A stretch of 63,998 nt of DNA, filler included, from Fonticula-like sp. SCN 57-25 (GCA_001724245.1; 7 parts of 7 records of this genome joined end to end with filler, not necessarily neighbours in it); one strand, 5' to 3'; shown: positions 50,910 to 61,973, counted from the first letter of the whole stretch. The notes: a model not told the origin generated them from the letters alone. Made by a program: numbers and translations.

Positions 50910-51602
50910 GCGTGGCAAGTGTTGGTTTGCTTGTTGTGTTTGTTGAAGAAGGTGTTAAACCGAGCCAGTCGGTTTTATTTGGAGTCAAATTCCGTTCCAG
51001 GTTATTTTTGGATGTTTTCCGTGTCAAAAAGTGAAGCGGAACGCACCATTCTGAGAACCTTGATTGTTCCAACTGCGACATTCAAGCCACGTTGCACTCG
51101 AGCAGTAGGAAGCGTTGAGAGGTTGACTGGCTACAAGAATCGGTTGAATGCGACAGATCTTCCTGATCGATGGCACGCAACAAAATTGACAAGTTTCAAN
51201 CAAGTTTCAAACACAACCCCCTGTGAACTCCAAATTCGTGGTGCACGTCTTTCAGTTTAGAGAAGAATGAGTGTGTTGACAACTCAGCACACAGAACAGT
51301 GAAGTGAATTCTCAACTGGTGAGGTAAAGCACAGTTATGCAACTTAGCTAAAGAATTGAATCTGTTTATCCCATAAATACCAACAGAGTTAGCCTGTGGT
51401 TTGCGCTCTACCTGAAAGAAAGTGTATGCTACAGTTTTATGTAAACTCTAATAACCCTTTAGCTCTCAAGTCTTGGACTGCTTTGCTTATTTGACGAGTT
51501 TTTTTGAACATTTTCGTATTAATGATGAAAGCTTCAAGAATCACAAATTGCACAACCACTCTTCTTTACGCTTGGGACAACCCAGCACACAGTTGACGAC
51601 CG

Positions 51603-52757
51603 ATGGCTGGGCTGGAAGAAAAGATGGCAGACTTGCCCTTGGATGAACCAATGCAACCAATTTCGCATTGCGAGTTCAGTGGTGAACGACCTAATCTCGA
51701 GTGGAAGGCTTGTACAGTAGATGATTGCCAATCCTTTGCACGATTCTTGCCCATTCCTCAGCAAATCTCCATGGAAAAGAAGCCATCTCACCTCTTTAAG
51801 CAGCATTCAGATGAGTGGCACAAATTACGAAATGAACGGCTGACAGCCTCAAATCTGAGTTGTGTTCTTGGTTTCTTTGAGCCTTCCACAGTCAAAATGC
51901 TCAAGTTGAACCCTCAATACTATGTCAACCACCAAAGAGTGGTGCACATGGCCTCTACAATGAGACAACGCGTGCACTCACCGCAGTCAGTCAACGAAAG
52001 CTTTGATTTCCCCGAGAGCGTCAAAACTGCCATGAAATGGGGCTCCAACCATGAATTGAACGGGATATTGACCTTTCTTCAGGGGTTCAACGAGTTTTAC
52101 GTGAAGGAAACTGGTCTCTGGTCTTTCACATTGGAGAAACTTCCTGCCAGTTGTGCAAAATTGGGAGTTGAGTTCTCCCACCTACCAGCAATTGGGGCAA
52201 GTCCAGATGGTCTAGTTTGCAGATTGAAAGATGGTGATCCAGTGGAATACTTTTCGGAGAAGGAAGAAGTTGTCTCACTCCTTGAAATCAAATGTCCTTG
52301 TCCCTTCAAGGAGAAGAAGATGGCAAGGAAAGAGGAAATTTCAGCCATTAGTGAGCAAGCTATTGCATCTAGCAACAATCAGTACACATATGTCAAAATG
52401 AGGCCACATCCCAGTGTGCCAAGTTACTACATGCCACAACTTCAATGTCAGATGTTAGTTACAGGAGCCAAACAGTGTTATTATGTCTGTTGGACTCCAA
52501 CTGCCGGTGCCAAGGTGTACCAAGTGGATTTTGATGACGAGTACTGTGGAATAATGCTCCTCTTGATCAAGAACTTTTATGAGCGTTTTGTGCTCCCAAA
52601 GATCGAAATAGTGCCATCAGAAGATTTCTTTTTCAACCACCCAGAGTATGCTGGATTTGTAAATCGCACAATTGCCTTGGCATGTGAATCAAAACTAGTG
52701 AAAGATGTGAAGGATGTGGTAGTAGGTGGTAGAGAAGAGCCTCTCTTTCATTCATAA
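51603..52757 (+). CDS. YqaJ/lambda-exonuclease-like PD-(D/E)xK nuclease, intronless
   Basis: QHSDEWHKLR..LTAS, MKWGSNHE, GASPDG, LEIKCP, YYMPQLQCQM, YYVCWT. Confidence 0.88.
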   Translation: MAGLEEKMADLPLDEPMQPISHCEFSGERPNLEWKACTVDDCQSFARFLPIPQQISMEKKPSHLFKQHSDEWHKLRNERLTASNLSCVLGFFEPSTVKMLKLNPQYYVNHQRVVHMASTMRQRVHSPQSVNESFDFPESVKTAMKWGSNHELNGILTFLQGFNEFYVKETGLWSFTLEKLPASCAKLGVEFSHLPAIGASPDGLVCRLKDGDPVEYFSEKEEVVSLLEIKCPCPFKEKKMARKEEISAISEQAIASSNNQYTYVKMRPHPSVPSYYMPQLQCQMLVTGAKQCYYVCWTPTAGAKVYQVDFDDEYCGIMLLLIKNFYERFVLPKIEIVPSEDFFFNHPEYAGFVNRTIALACESKLVKDVKDVVVGGREEPLFHS

Positions 52758-52843
52758 AGAGAGATGTCAACAAGAAATCACGCATTTTCTCAATAAATAC
52801 TTGGTTTTTTATTTTCAGTGAGAATTTACACACAATTTAACAA

Positions 52844-54036
52844 CTACAGTAGGATCAAATTATTGCAGTCCATAACCACAGCAGTGGATTCAGCAGTAGA
52901 TGTTGCACTTTCAGAGAGGATGTGCTTGATCATCTTGGTGTGCTGCCCCTTGATTTCTGCCAAGTCCTGTGCACTGAAATTAGAGATCCCCTTGGCTAGC
53001 ATTTTGCCCTCTGGAGTAGCTAGCCACACAATGTCCATCTTGTCAAAGGAGCCCACAGTACCTACAATACCTACGGGTAGCAGACTCTTGCCCCTGTTGC
53101 TAACTGCACGCATGGCCCCATGGTCCACAAGTATGGTTCCCTTGGGTACAAGAGTGGGACTTGCCAGCAGTTGCTTGCGCTTGGAAACGTGCAACTGGAC
53201 CAGCAGCTGCTTATTGAGAGCGAGGTCCAGCAATTGTTCCTCTCCCTGTTCACCCTGTTGCTGCTTGAGTAACACTGAGACACGTCCCTCCAGTGAGAAA
53301 ATATGCTTGTCCTGCACTTGTAGCGATTTGAGACTATTAGCCAAATTGAACAAGTAATCACAATTGCGGCCACTCGGTCCAACACTCTGAAAAAAAAATG
53401 AAATGATATATTCCATGTATTCAATGGAAAGTGAGAAAGTGAAAATACATGTGCAATGGAAAGTGGAAGGAACAAATATGTTAATGAGTAACAATTCATC
53501 AACCACCAGTTGACTGTACACTTACATTTGAAATAATGGCGGCAATTTTCTCTTCTTCCTCATTCTCAACTAACTCTGGGTTATCACTCATGGACACGTA
53601 GACATATGCATTGGTGGCAATCACCTCCTGCTGCTGCTTATTGCAAGAAACGGATTGGTTCACAAAAATGGGAACAAATTTTCTGACATAGCCACCCTGC
53701 TCGCGAATGTCGAGATCTCCAAAAATTTGAAGCGCAATGCTCTCCCGGACAACATAGCACACGCCGTACACGCATTCCGACGGGTGCTTGCCGCCCTGCT
53801 CCACAAGCGTCACCACGCGACCAGGCTGCTCCTTGGTGCCGCGGTGGTATTGGCAGCTCTGCCAGAATCTGCGCACAAAGCCCTTCACGTAGCCTGCAAA
53901 TTTTCTTTCGTACGGGAAGCCCGGTCTTCACCATTTTGATCACGGTTGGTGAGCAAGGCGAGTGTAGAATCGCAACGTACCGCCACATTAGCGACCCGTA
54001 GCCAAATATGCACACTTGGCCTTCTCCTTGGCACAT
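52844..54036 (-). CDS. ChaC glutathione gamma-glutamylcyclotransferase fused to a ProB-type PUA domain, spliced
   Basis: IFGYGSLMW, RRFWQS..HRGT..PGRVVTL, LDIREQGGY, GPSGRNCDYL. In frame with GTILVDHGA..GKSLLPVGI..GSF..AKGISNFS..IKG. Confidence 0.85.
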
Positions 54037-54640
54037 CTTTGAGTTGCTGCTTGCTGTGCGGACAATTTCACACGAAATATTTTTAGAAATTTCACACGAA
54101 GAACAAACACTGTTCCGAAAAAAACTTAGAGGGTGAATTGAATGGTTGTGGGGGAGGATTGCACTCGTGTCCTTGTTAACTCCCTTGGGTTGTTAGAGTT
54201 TACCAAGTTTACAGCACTTGTTCTTGTTTCAACTGTCAAGCCTATTTTTCTTTGAAAAGTAAAAACTGTATTCAATCATGTGGTACTGTTCATCACTGAG
54301 ATTTGTAAAATCAACTCTTGTGCAAAAGAGGGAAAGGGAAGATGACCTGAGAGCTTACAAATGATATGAAAGAATCTTGGTTATTTGCACAGTGTGTTAC
54401 CGGAGACAATTTAGAACAACTTTTACTTGTTGGCAAAAGACGCTTCTCTCTCTGGATAATGAGATTAACTTTGCAGCAAAAGTTTTTGCTGTAATCACTC
54501 ACAACTATTAGGCACTCTACGAATAGTAACCTTCGTTTGTTTGTGCCAGTTGCATTTCTTCCTCCTTAATTTGGTTTAAGAGCATCTCTATTGCAAAAGA
54601 GTGAGTGAGATGAGCATCTATTCTCAATTCTTTACCCTTG

Positions 54641-55486
54641 TTATAGACTGCTGACAGATAACAGGCTGAAATAGAAATGGTGATAGCCTGTACAACTTTT
54701 GGTTAAGGAAATGAGGTGCAATTTTTTACTTACACAAACAATAATCCAGAGTACCATCCCAGCAAAGAAGGACAAGATAAAGATAAGCGAAGAAAAATTT
54801 TCTGGATTGTTGTTGGTCTGGTATATTCCATACACCACTGAACTGTTAAACATGTGATTATTGTTGTCAAAATATGATTATTGTTCGTTAAAATATGGTT
54901 ATTGTTTGTTTGTTAAAATCTGTACTAATGGATGTTCCGTACTGAGCAATATTAACTACAAATTGGGCTACGAATTCAATAAGCAGAAGAGTGATGAACT
55001 GATAGCAAAGCAGGTGTCAGGAAAGCAAAAAAAAAAAGAATACCCGCTTCTGTTGGACAGCAACAATAACAACTTACAACCAATGCAAACAGAAATTTGG
55101 ACGAGAATCGCATAGTCGAGGCAAACCCAACAACTGACACAACAAACATGTTCCAGAGCCCATTGAGGCCGATTTGCACTACAAACACAATATTCCACCC
55201 CTTGACTGATGAGGCTGCTTTGTCCGTTTTGAAACTACTTCCGAAAACGATGAGGTTCCAAATCATGCTGACCACCCCAAGCAAGCCTGCAATCTGTGTT
55301 CATTGTTATTTTTCTTGAAAAATCGCGATTTTCACAAACAAAGATGCCAAACGCCATTGCTTTCACAACAAAAGTTAATGCCTTTGCTCGCCAAACCAGC
55401 TTTGGTGGTAGCATATCCACATAATTAACATTTACATTGCTGAGCTTTTCCTTGTTGTTTGCGTAATCTTCGCCGAGTTCGTCCAT
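54641..55486 (-). CDS. Hypothetical multi-pass membrane protein, spliced (model uncertain)
   Basis: Several hydrophobic exon-sized ORFs separated by GT-AG introns. Confidence 0.4.
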
Positions 55487-55529
55487 TTAATCGGTGTAAA
55501 CTTCAGTCAACCAGTTTTTTATTCCGGTA

Positions 55530-56098
55530 ATGGGGAGCAAACAGGAAGTGCTGGCGACTACATTCCTCATTTTCTTGTGCTCTTTTGTGTTGGTTGTGCT
55601 TGGTCAGACCAACTGCAACACATTTCAAACGTGTGCAAGTTGTGCCCTCGGGAACTGCAGTTCGTTTCCCCAATTTTTCTGGTTTGATGCACTCACTCAC
55701 CAGTACAATTTACGTTTCAGCTTGGTGCTCAAGAATCTTTGCGTGCTATAATGAAAGCATGTCCAGTGTCGTATGTGAAAAGGAGCAGTACAATGTTTCC
55801 TTCCTGGGAGACCCCATGTTACACTTTAACTCCGATAATGAGATGGATTGCGTCTACGGTGCCAAACGTGTGAGAGATGCGCGGTATTGTCCGCAATTTT
55901 CTGGTACGAACATGTTGTAAAGTGCTAACCAATTTAACTGTTTTTAAATTATTTCATTTGTATCATTTGCATTATTTGCATTATTTGCATCATTTGCATC
56001 ACTTTCTCAGTCACAATTGAACAGGATGCTCGGTACTCAACCAATTTGCTTGGTCTGGACAGGACTATCAAACTTCGTGTTGCTGGCGTGGGAGATGA
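55530..56098 (+). CDS. Secreted/cell-surface Cys-rich protein with a PSI-like motif, truncated
   Basis: Signal peptide, then CNTFQTCASC..C|AWC..C. Confidence 0.5.
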
Positions 56099-56198
56099 NN
56101 NNNNNNNNNNNNNNNNNNNNNNNNNNNNNNNNNNNNNNNNNNTTAATTAATTAANNNNNNNNNNNNNNNNNNNNNNNNNNNNNNNNNNNNNNNNNNNN
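56099..56198. other. Artificial contig spacer
   Basis: N44-TTAATTAATTAA-N44. Confidence 0.99.
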
Positions 56199-57721
56199 TC
56201 GCTCGTCACGGGCGCGTCGGCGGCGGGCGCGGCGCCCTCTGTGGCCGAAAGTGAAAGGCCAAAGGAGGGCAATTGTGAGCGGAGAACGGCAATGGCGACG
56301 GAAGGGGCGTCGGCGGTGAGAAGCTCGCCGAGCTTGCGGGCATAATAGTGGTGCTGGCGGTAGCGGCCGACGCGGAGATAAGATGACGATACAAACGCTG
56401 TCACTTGGAGCTAAAATGGGCCAGAAAAGTCAGAAAATAACATGAAAATGGTAGAAAAATAGCAGGTTAAATACACAAACATGCACGAAAGAGCATAAAA
56501 CAAACACAAAAATGCACAAAACAACCTGCAATATTCAATAGCCCGTACAGTCAGACGCGCCGCCGACGCGATCAGTTCCCGCGATCCCGTCTCGCGCTGC
56601 GCCGCAACCTCCTTGAGCGACGCGTCATACGCGTTCAAGAGAAACTCATTGACCCACTCGCGCCGCCCGTGATTCATAATGTAATTGCACGCGCGCACGC
56701 ACGCCTATCGGTCATTAGCCACCGCTATGCACAAGCAGCGTTTCGTACCTCTATAACACACAGGTGAGCGCCCGCCTTTTCATAGTTTGATATGATGTCC
56801 TTGTAGAGGTCGATCATGCCCTTTTTGAAGCCGACCGGGGCCGACTGGGCCGCCGCGAGGATCGCCTGCGCAGCGTAGACCCCCTCGAGCGCGCCCGCCA
56901 CCGCGACAAAATCGTTCTGACCCTTGGCGGTGTCGAGCGCCGACTGGTACATGCCGGCGGCCTCGACTGTGGCGCCGCCCATGAGGCACAGATCAGCGAT
57001 CACCTTGGCGACGCGCGCGCTGCCGCGCTTCTTTGCCTTGAACTGCTCCGCCACTTTGGTCTTGAGCGACTCGGGTGGGTCAGACGGGACAATGATGGTC
57101 GACACCTGCTGGAGCTGGTGCACGCGCTGGCCGAATTTGTGCAGGAGGCTCGTAGCAAGATCGGCGAGCATCGTCGACACGTAAAAGGAGACGCGATCGG
57201 GGCCCTGATTGGGGACGAGGACAACGCGCGATTCGGAATCGGTCATGTCCTCGGAGGGCTCAAAGGCAAAGCAGCGCATCAGGTAGACGTTGCGGAAGCG
57301 GCGGCTGTCGGCGTAAAACTGATCGCAGGCGGCGGACAGATCGTCGCAGACCTGGCAGTCGATCACGCCGACGACGGCATTGAGGCGGCGATGCGTCAGG
57401 TACTCGTCCCAGGCGGACTCGGCGAGCGGCTGGCGAAGAAACTGAAACACCATGCTGCCGTCGCGCTTGGACGCGCCGTGCTGAAAGTAACCTAAAAGAC
57501 GCAGGCGTGAGCAGCGCGCAATCAAACCACACGCATCACGCACTGGGGAGTTGGTCATCGCCATGGCCGATCGTCAAGTCTGATAGCGGAACGGCGCTCA
57601 ACCGGTTAAATAAATCAAAATAACTGGAAAACTTTTCTGCGCTAATGTCGCCGACAGGCACCACCAGTACGCGCAGGCACCCCAAGTCGGCGAGGACCTG
57701 GCTCGCCTCGAACCCGGCCAT
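56199..57721 (-). CDS. TRAPPC9: TRAPP II subunit Trs120/TRAPPC9, N-terminal part, spliced
   Basis: LRVLVVPVGDI, WDEYLTHRR..VVGVIDC, RCFAFEP, RVAKVIADLCLMGG..NDFVAVAGALEG. Confidence 0.9.
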
Positions 57722-57935
57722 GACAAGCAATGACAAGGGGCAGTAACGATGTGTCAGCGTTACCGATATCCACAGTCGATTCACCTGCCCGCGCGATCCG
57801 CAGTATGGTGACCGAAATTAGTTGCACGAACGTGCGCCGGCCCTTAGGCTACCGGTAAATTAGACGTGCGTCATTTGTTTGAGCGCCTGCTGCCAATTGT
57901 ACCTACCCTCACACTCTTGCCTTTTTAGACGGATC

Positions 57936-60900
57936 ATGGAAGAGATCTACGATTGTGTTGCTGACATCGTCGAGGATGACACCGACCGTGTCTACAACTG
58001 GATCGTTGAAAACTTTGAATACAGCGAGCTCGAGCTCATCACCGAGAACGACTTTATCAAGTATCTTGGTTTGCCGAACGCAAAGGCAAGGCAGCTCGCG
58101 ACATCTTTGAGGGAAGCCGCCGCCGCACCACGCAAGCAGCTCGTGGCCAACTTTTCAGACCTCAACGAGTCCGAACTCGCCTTTAGCCAGATTCAGGAGA
58201 TGCGCGAGCCGAAGAATTCTTTCAAAATCCTAGTCCTGAGCGGCAGCCAGATGGGCGACTCTTCAAGCGCACAAGCCGTCGCTCTGCAGCTACTCCACAT
58301 CGACTGGGATATTGTGATTGATCTCGACCAGAACCCGAGCGACAAACACAGCGCGTGGACAGCAGTCACCCGCATCGGCAATCTAAAGCGCCGGCTAGAG
58401 AATTACCGTATTTCCAATGATTGTACTGTGTTTGGACCGCGCGACCTGGAGGCATGTTCCAAAGGCCATACCTTGCTCTGGCTCAGGGCCAGTACCGGCA
58501 GAAACAAGTACACTTTCAAGTACTGGCCTGTCGTCGAGTTCATATTCGATGTGCTGGCGACATGCGCGATTCGCCCCATCCTACTTGTCGGCGTCATGCT
58601 AACCGCCTCGGACCGAGTGCGGACAGTCATTGATAAAGTCAATGAATGGCACGAGCAGACGCTTGATGTAAGCGACTATCCCCTGCACGTTGCTTGTTTG
58701 GCCGTGCCAGAGGCTTGCGTCGCGAGCATGGCTGATTCTGTTGAGCAGAAGTTTTTCACGATGCCACTGGACATTATTACTTCCAAGCTTTGCAGCCATC
58801 TTGCTGAGCCAATGCCGTCCGAGTACATTCGCATGGCAGGCCATGGTGTTCGTACGCGGAACGCGGCCGCATGGAGAGGAATTCTTGCCCAGGTGCACGA
58901 AAACCTTGGCTCACCTGGGAGCGATGTCGCGATGCAAGAGCTCAACATTGCCGCGAAAACATTTGGGGCGGAACTTGTTGATGATCACGAGCCCGACCCG
59001 CACGTGAAGCACGGCTTTTTCAGAGTTTCGTTCACAAGTAACTCGACAGATGTGATATCCGGCGACCGCCTGCTGTACCTTGACTTTCTCCGTGGCTCCA
59101 CTCTGCCATGGTCGCTCCTCGCTCTCGACCAGGACCTCGACGCAGATATCCCCAAGCTCTTTTGCCGCAGCGAATTTGGCGAGATACGGGATCACATTTC
59201 CAACCTTTTACATCGTCCTGCAGTCGAGTGGAACGACACGTCGACGCTCGTCATTTGCGAGCACGATGCATCCGCCGGCGCGACCACCCTTGGTCGCCAG
59301 CTACTGCGCCACTTTGCTGACAAATTCCCGTGCTTCATCGTGGAAGATGCGAGCGGCTGCGCCGAGTATCTTGCGGTGGCTCAGAGGAACCTTTTTATGG
59401 ACAAGCCTCTTTTGTTGCTGCTGGACAATGTGGCAGATCCAGCAGATTTCGATCGCATGCTGCACTACCGGCATCCATGCGGAGTAAAGGCGATCGTTCT
59501 TGCCATGGTCCGCGCGTCCAACGGCAGCTTTGAGCAAGTCCGTGGAGGCCCGAAGGTGTTTAGTATCCGGCAACTCGGGAAACAAGACAAGGAAAGTCTG
59601 GAAGCAGGGATCAAACAATTCATAGCTGATATCCCTGGACTCGCATTTCCTAGTACCACTGTCACGGCCTTTGATGTCAAAACGCCTTTCTTCTACGGGC
59701 TTCTTTACTGTGGCGTTCTTTACAGCAACGAACGAGTGCAGAGCCACGTCGACCAATGCTTCGATGTGATCCTGAATGAACCCGAGTCCGTTCAAGTCCA
59801 GGCAGCCGGTTTGCTGAGTATCGCCACCACCCTCTTCAGACACGCCGATGTTGTGGGTATTCCCGAGAATTACGCCATCAAGCTCGCTTCAGCAGACATT
59901 ATCAACACAGGGGCCGACAGGTCGTCCTTGGCATCCGCGATTCTGAACTTGCTTGTTTGTCGGCACGACACTCGAGACCGCCTATTTGTTCTTCCCAACG
60001 AACAAGTAGCGCAAGCAGTCGAGCAGAGGATCAGGCATTGCTTTCATATTTCTCCTGGTGTACTTGCGCTCGTATGGTTTTGCTCCCGCCTTCTCGACTT
60101 TGACTCGATGGATCAATTTGGCGTGAACATTCTGCCAATGAGCGAGCTTCCTGCCAAGCTCGTGAACGTCTCCATTCCGATAGCGCAGTGGCTTAACAAA
60201 TATCAACTGCCTCGCACCATGGACGATGAGTTTCTCAAGATTGTGTTTACCGGGCTCTTTTCCCGTCATATCCGTCATGATGTGTCCGAGGGTGATGACA
60301 GCGGCACGCCGGAAAATGCGCCGAGTTCAAGTCGAAGCCAGCCGTTTTCCACGTTTGTGAATGAATTGCAGGAGGAACATGGGCTGGACATGGCGCGGAC
60401 ACTCTTTTCTCTCGCGGCAGCGGCAGGAGGAGACGAGCATGTCCTCGCTCACTATGGCCGGTTTCTCACTATCACAGCGGAAGTCAACAAGAACTTGCCT
60501 TTGATGCGCGAAGGCTTTAACATTGTCAACAAAACATTGAAGAATACGCGCGACCCGCCTTCGCGATTGTGTCATCTCGGCGGAGCGTTGGCATTGCGCA
60601 TTATCAAGCACATTCTGAACAACACGCTCGCAGATGACTCTCTTGCCATCGTCCGAGAGTATGCCGAGTCTGCGGAGACGCTACTTCTCAAGATTGGTGA
60701 CCCTCTCCGGAGCGATCCCGAGAGTTTTGCGCTCGTTGTTCTTCGTGAAACATGGCGGGCCGACCTTAGGCTTACTCTGCACGATTTCGCAGCCAGCTGG
60801 TCGTGGTATCACGAAATGTCACAAAGGAAGTTCTTCTCCGAAGAACCGTCGACGTCGCTCTTTTTGGATGTTGATGGCATGCGAATGGAGTGTCTACAAA

Positions 60901-61973
60901 GGAAGTTCTTCTCCGAAGAACCGTCGACGTCGCTCTTTTTGGATGTTGATGGCATGCGAATGGAGTGTCTACAACTGCTCGACCTTGCCGACCACTTCAA
61001 CAGCCAAACTGACGACAGCGGACGAGTGAATCGGGATCAGCTTATCCGGGACAAGTTTTTCGAAGTGTTGAAATTCATTGTCTTTTATCGGCAGACGACA
61101 CGCGAAAAAGTCGCTAGGCAGCTTTCGCGCCAGTTGAACAACAAGGCCTTTAAAACATTCCTACCCGTCCTGGCCGGCCAGATTTTAATCGGCCAACATC
61201 CCACTGCTCGCCAGAGTCGTTGGAGACCGTTTTCAGACGAGGCCTTTCAGGACGAACTCCATGCGACTTCGCATCAGTTGTTGGATGGCATATCCTATAC
61301 TGCTGCCTGGCATGGCACGGTTCCAATGATGGGCTTGCGAGATCTTCTTGCTATAAATATTGAGTTTGGCTGCCGCTCGCCCATATGGTTTCAGATGGGT
61401 AATGCCCAGGGTATCCTCGATTTTCTCCTTACGGTCAGGAAAGCTCTTGGCACCGACCAGAAAAAGGACCCACAAATGTGGACTATGTTCTGCGCGATTG
61501 CCATGGCGGCCCTCAAAGTAGCGCAAACGCCGACGGAGCGCGGCGCCGCTATCAAGGAAGTTGTTGCCGCAAATGATGTCATTGCGTCATTGGTCGACTT
61601 TTCGCCCGCTGTTCAGCGCAACGCGAGCGCAACGGCTTACCTTTTCCTCTCATCGGCGGGCGGTCTTTCGTGCATTCGTGACGCAGGGTACGTACGCGAG
61701 TCTCTCGATGAAAGCAGAATCGAAGGCGCGAGTCCCAGCGTGTTTTGGAATACGCTCGCCTACGAGAGACTCTGGCGCATCCCAGGGAAGCTGACCAACG
61801 GCGGCAAGACCGGTATTGTACGTTTCGATGGCCGGGCGTTTAAACTGCGCGTGACGCATTTGCGTGGGGCGCCCACCTATCGGAATGGTCTTCCTGTTGA
61901 ATTTTACCCGATCGTCACTGCCGCGGGGCTTGTGCTCAGCGTCGCCACCGTCCAAACCACGACATTGGAATGA
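57936..61973 (+). CDS. SAMD9/SAMD9L-like STAND NTPase (SAM, SIR2-like, P-loop, TPR, OB), intronless, ~1345 aa
   Basis: SAM-like N-terminus; LLHIDWDIVIDLD; degenerate Walker A HDASAGATTL..RHFADKFPC; Walker B PLLLLLDN; FSTFV; AHYGRF; C-terminal LWRIPGK..VEFYPIVTAAGL. Confidence 0.78.
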   Translation: MEEIYDCVADIVEDDTDRVYNWIVENFEYSELELITENDFIKYLGLPNAKARQLATSLREAAAAPRKQLVANFSDLNESELAFSQIQEMREPKNSFKILVLSGSQMGDSSSAQAVALQLLHIDWDIVIDLDQNPSDKHSAWTAVTRIGNLKRRLENYRISNDCTVFGPRDLEACSKGHTLLWLRASTGRNKYTFKYWPVVEFIFDVLATCAIRPILLVGVMLTASDRVRTVIDKVNEWHEQTLDVSDYPLHVACLAVPEACVASMADSVEQKFFTMPLDIITSKLCSHLAEPMPSEYIRMAGHGVRTRNAAAWRGILAQVHENLGSPGSDVAMQELNIAAKTFGAELVDDHEPDPHVKHGFFRVSFTSNSTDVISGDRLLYLDFLRGSTLPWSLLALDQDLDADIPKLFCRSEFGEIRDHISNLLHRPAVEWNDTSTLVICEHDASAGATTLGRQLLRHFADKFPCFIVEDASGCAEYLAVAQRNLFMDKPLLLLLDNVADPADFDRMLHYRHPCGVKAIVLAMVRASNGSFEQVRGGPKVFSIRQLGKQDKESLEAGIKQFIADIPGLAFPSTTVTAFDVKTPFFYGLLYCGVLYSNERVQSHVDQCFDVILNEPESVQVQAAGLLSIATTLFRHADVVGIPENYAIKLASADIINTGADRSSLASAILNLLVCRHDTRDRLFVLPNEQVAQAVEQRIRHCFHISPGVLALVWFCSRLLDFDSMDQFGVNILPMSELPAKLVNVSIPIAQWLNKYQLPRTMDDEFLKIVFTGLFSRHIRHDVSEGDDSGTPENAPSSSRSQPFSTFVNELQEEHGLDMARTLFSLAAAAGGDEHVLAHYGRFLTITAEVNKNLPLMREGFNIVNKTLKNTRDPPSRLCHLGGALALRIIKHILNNTLADDSLAIVREYAESAETLLLKIGDPLRSDPESFALVVLRETWRADLRLTLHDFAASWSWYHEMSQRKFFSEEPSTSLFLDVDGMRMECLQRKFFSEEPSTSLFLDVDGMRMECLQLLDLADHFNSQTDDSGRVNRDQLIRDKFFEVLKFIVFYRQTTREKVARQLSRQLNNKAFKTFLPVLAGQILIGQHPTARQSRWRPFSDEAFQDELHATSHQLLDGISYTAAWHGTVPMMGLRDLLAINIEFGCRSPIWFQMGNAQGILDFLLTVRKALGTDQKKDPQMWTMFCAIAMAALKVAQTPTERGAAIKEVVAANDVIASLVDFSPAVQRNASATAYLFLSSAGGLSCIRDAGYVRESLDESRIEGASPSVFWNTLAYERLWRIPGKLTNGGKTGIVRFDGRAFKLRVTHLRGAPTYRNGLPVEFYPIVTAAGLVLSVATVQTTTLE
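60821..60974 (+). repeat. Exact in-frame 75-bp tandem duplication
   Basis: QRKFFSEEPSTSLFLDVDGMRMECL is encoded twice by identical DNA. Confidence 0.95.

Noticed and set aside
50451-51260. 269-aa plus-strand ORF with poly-Leu
   Set aside because: Antisense shadow of the poly-Q AN1 zinc-finger gene.
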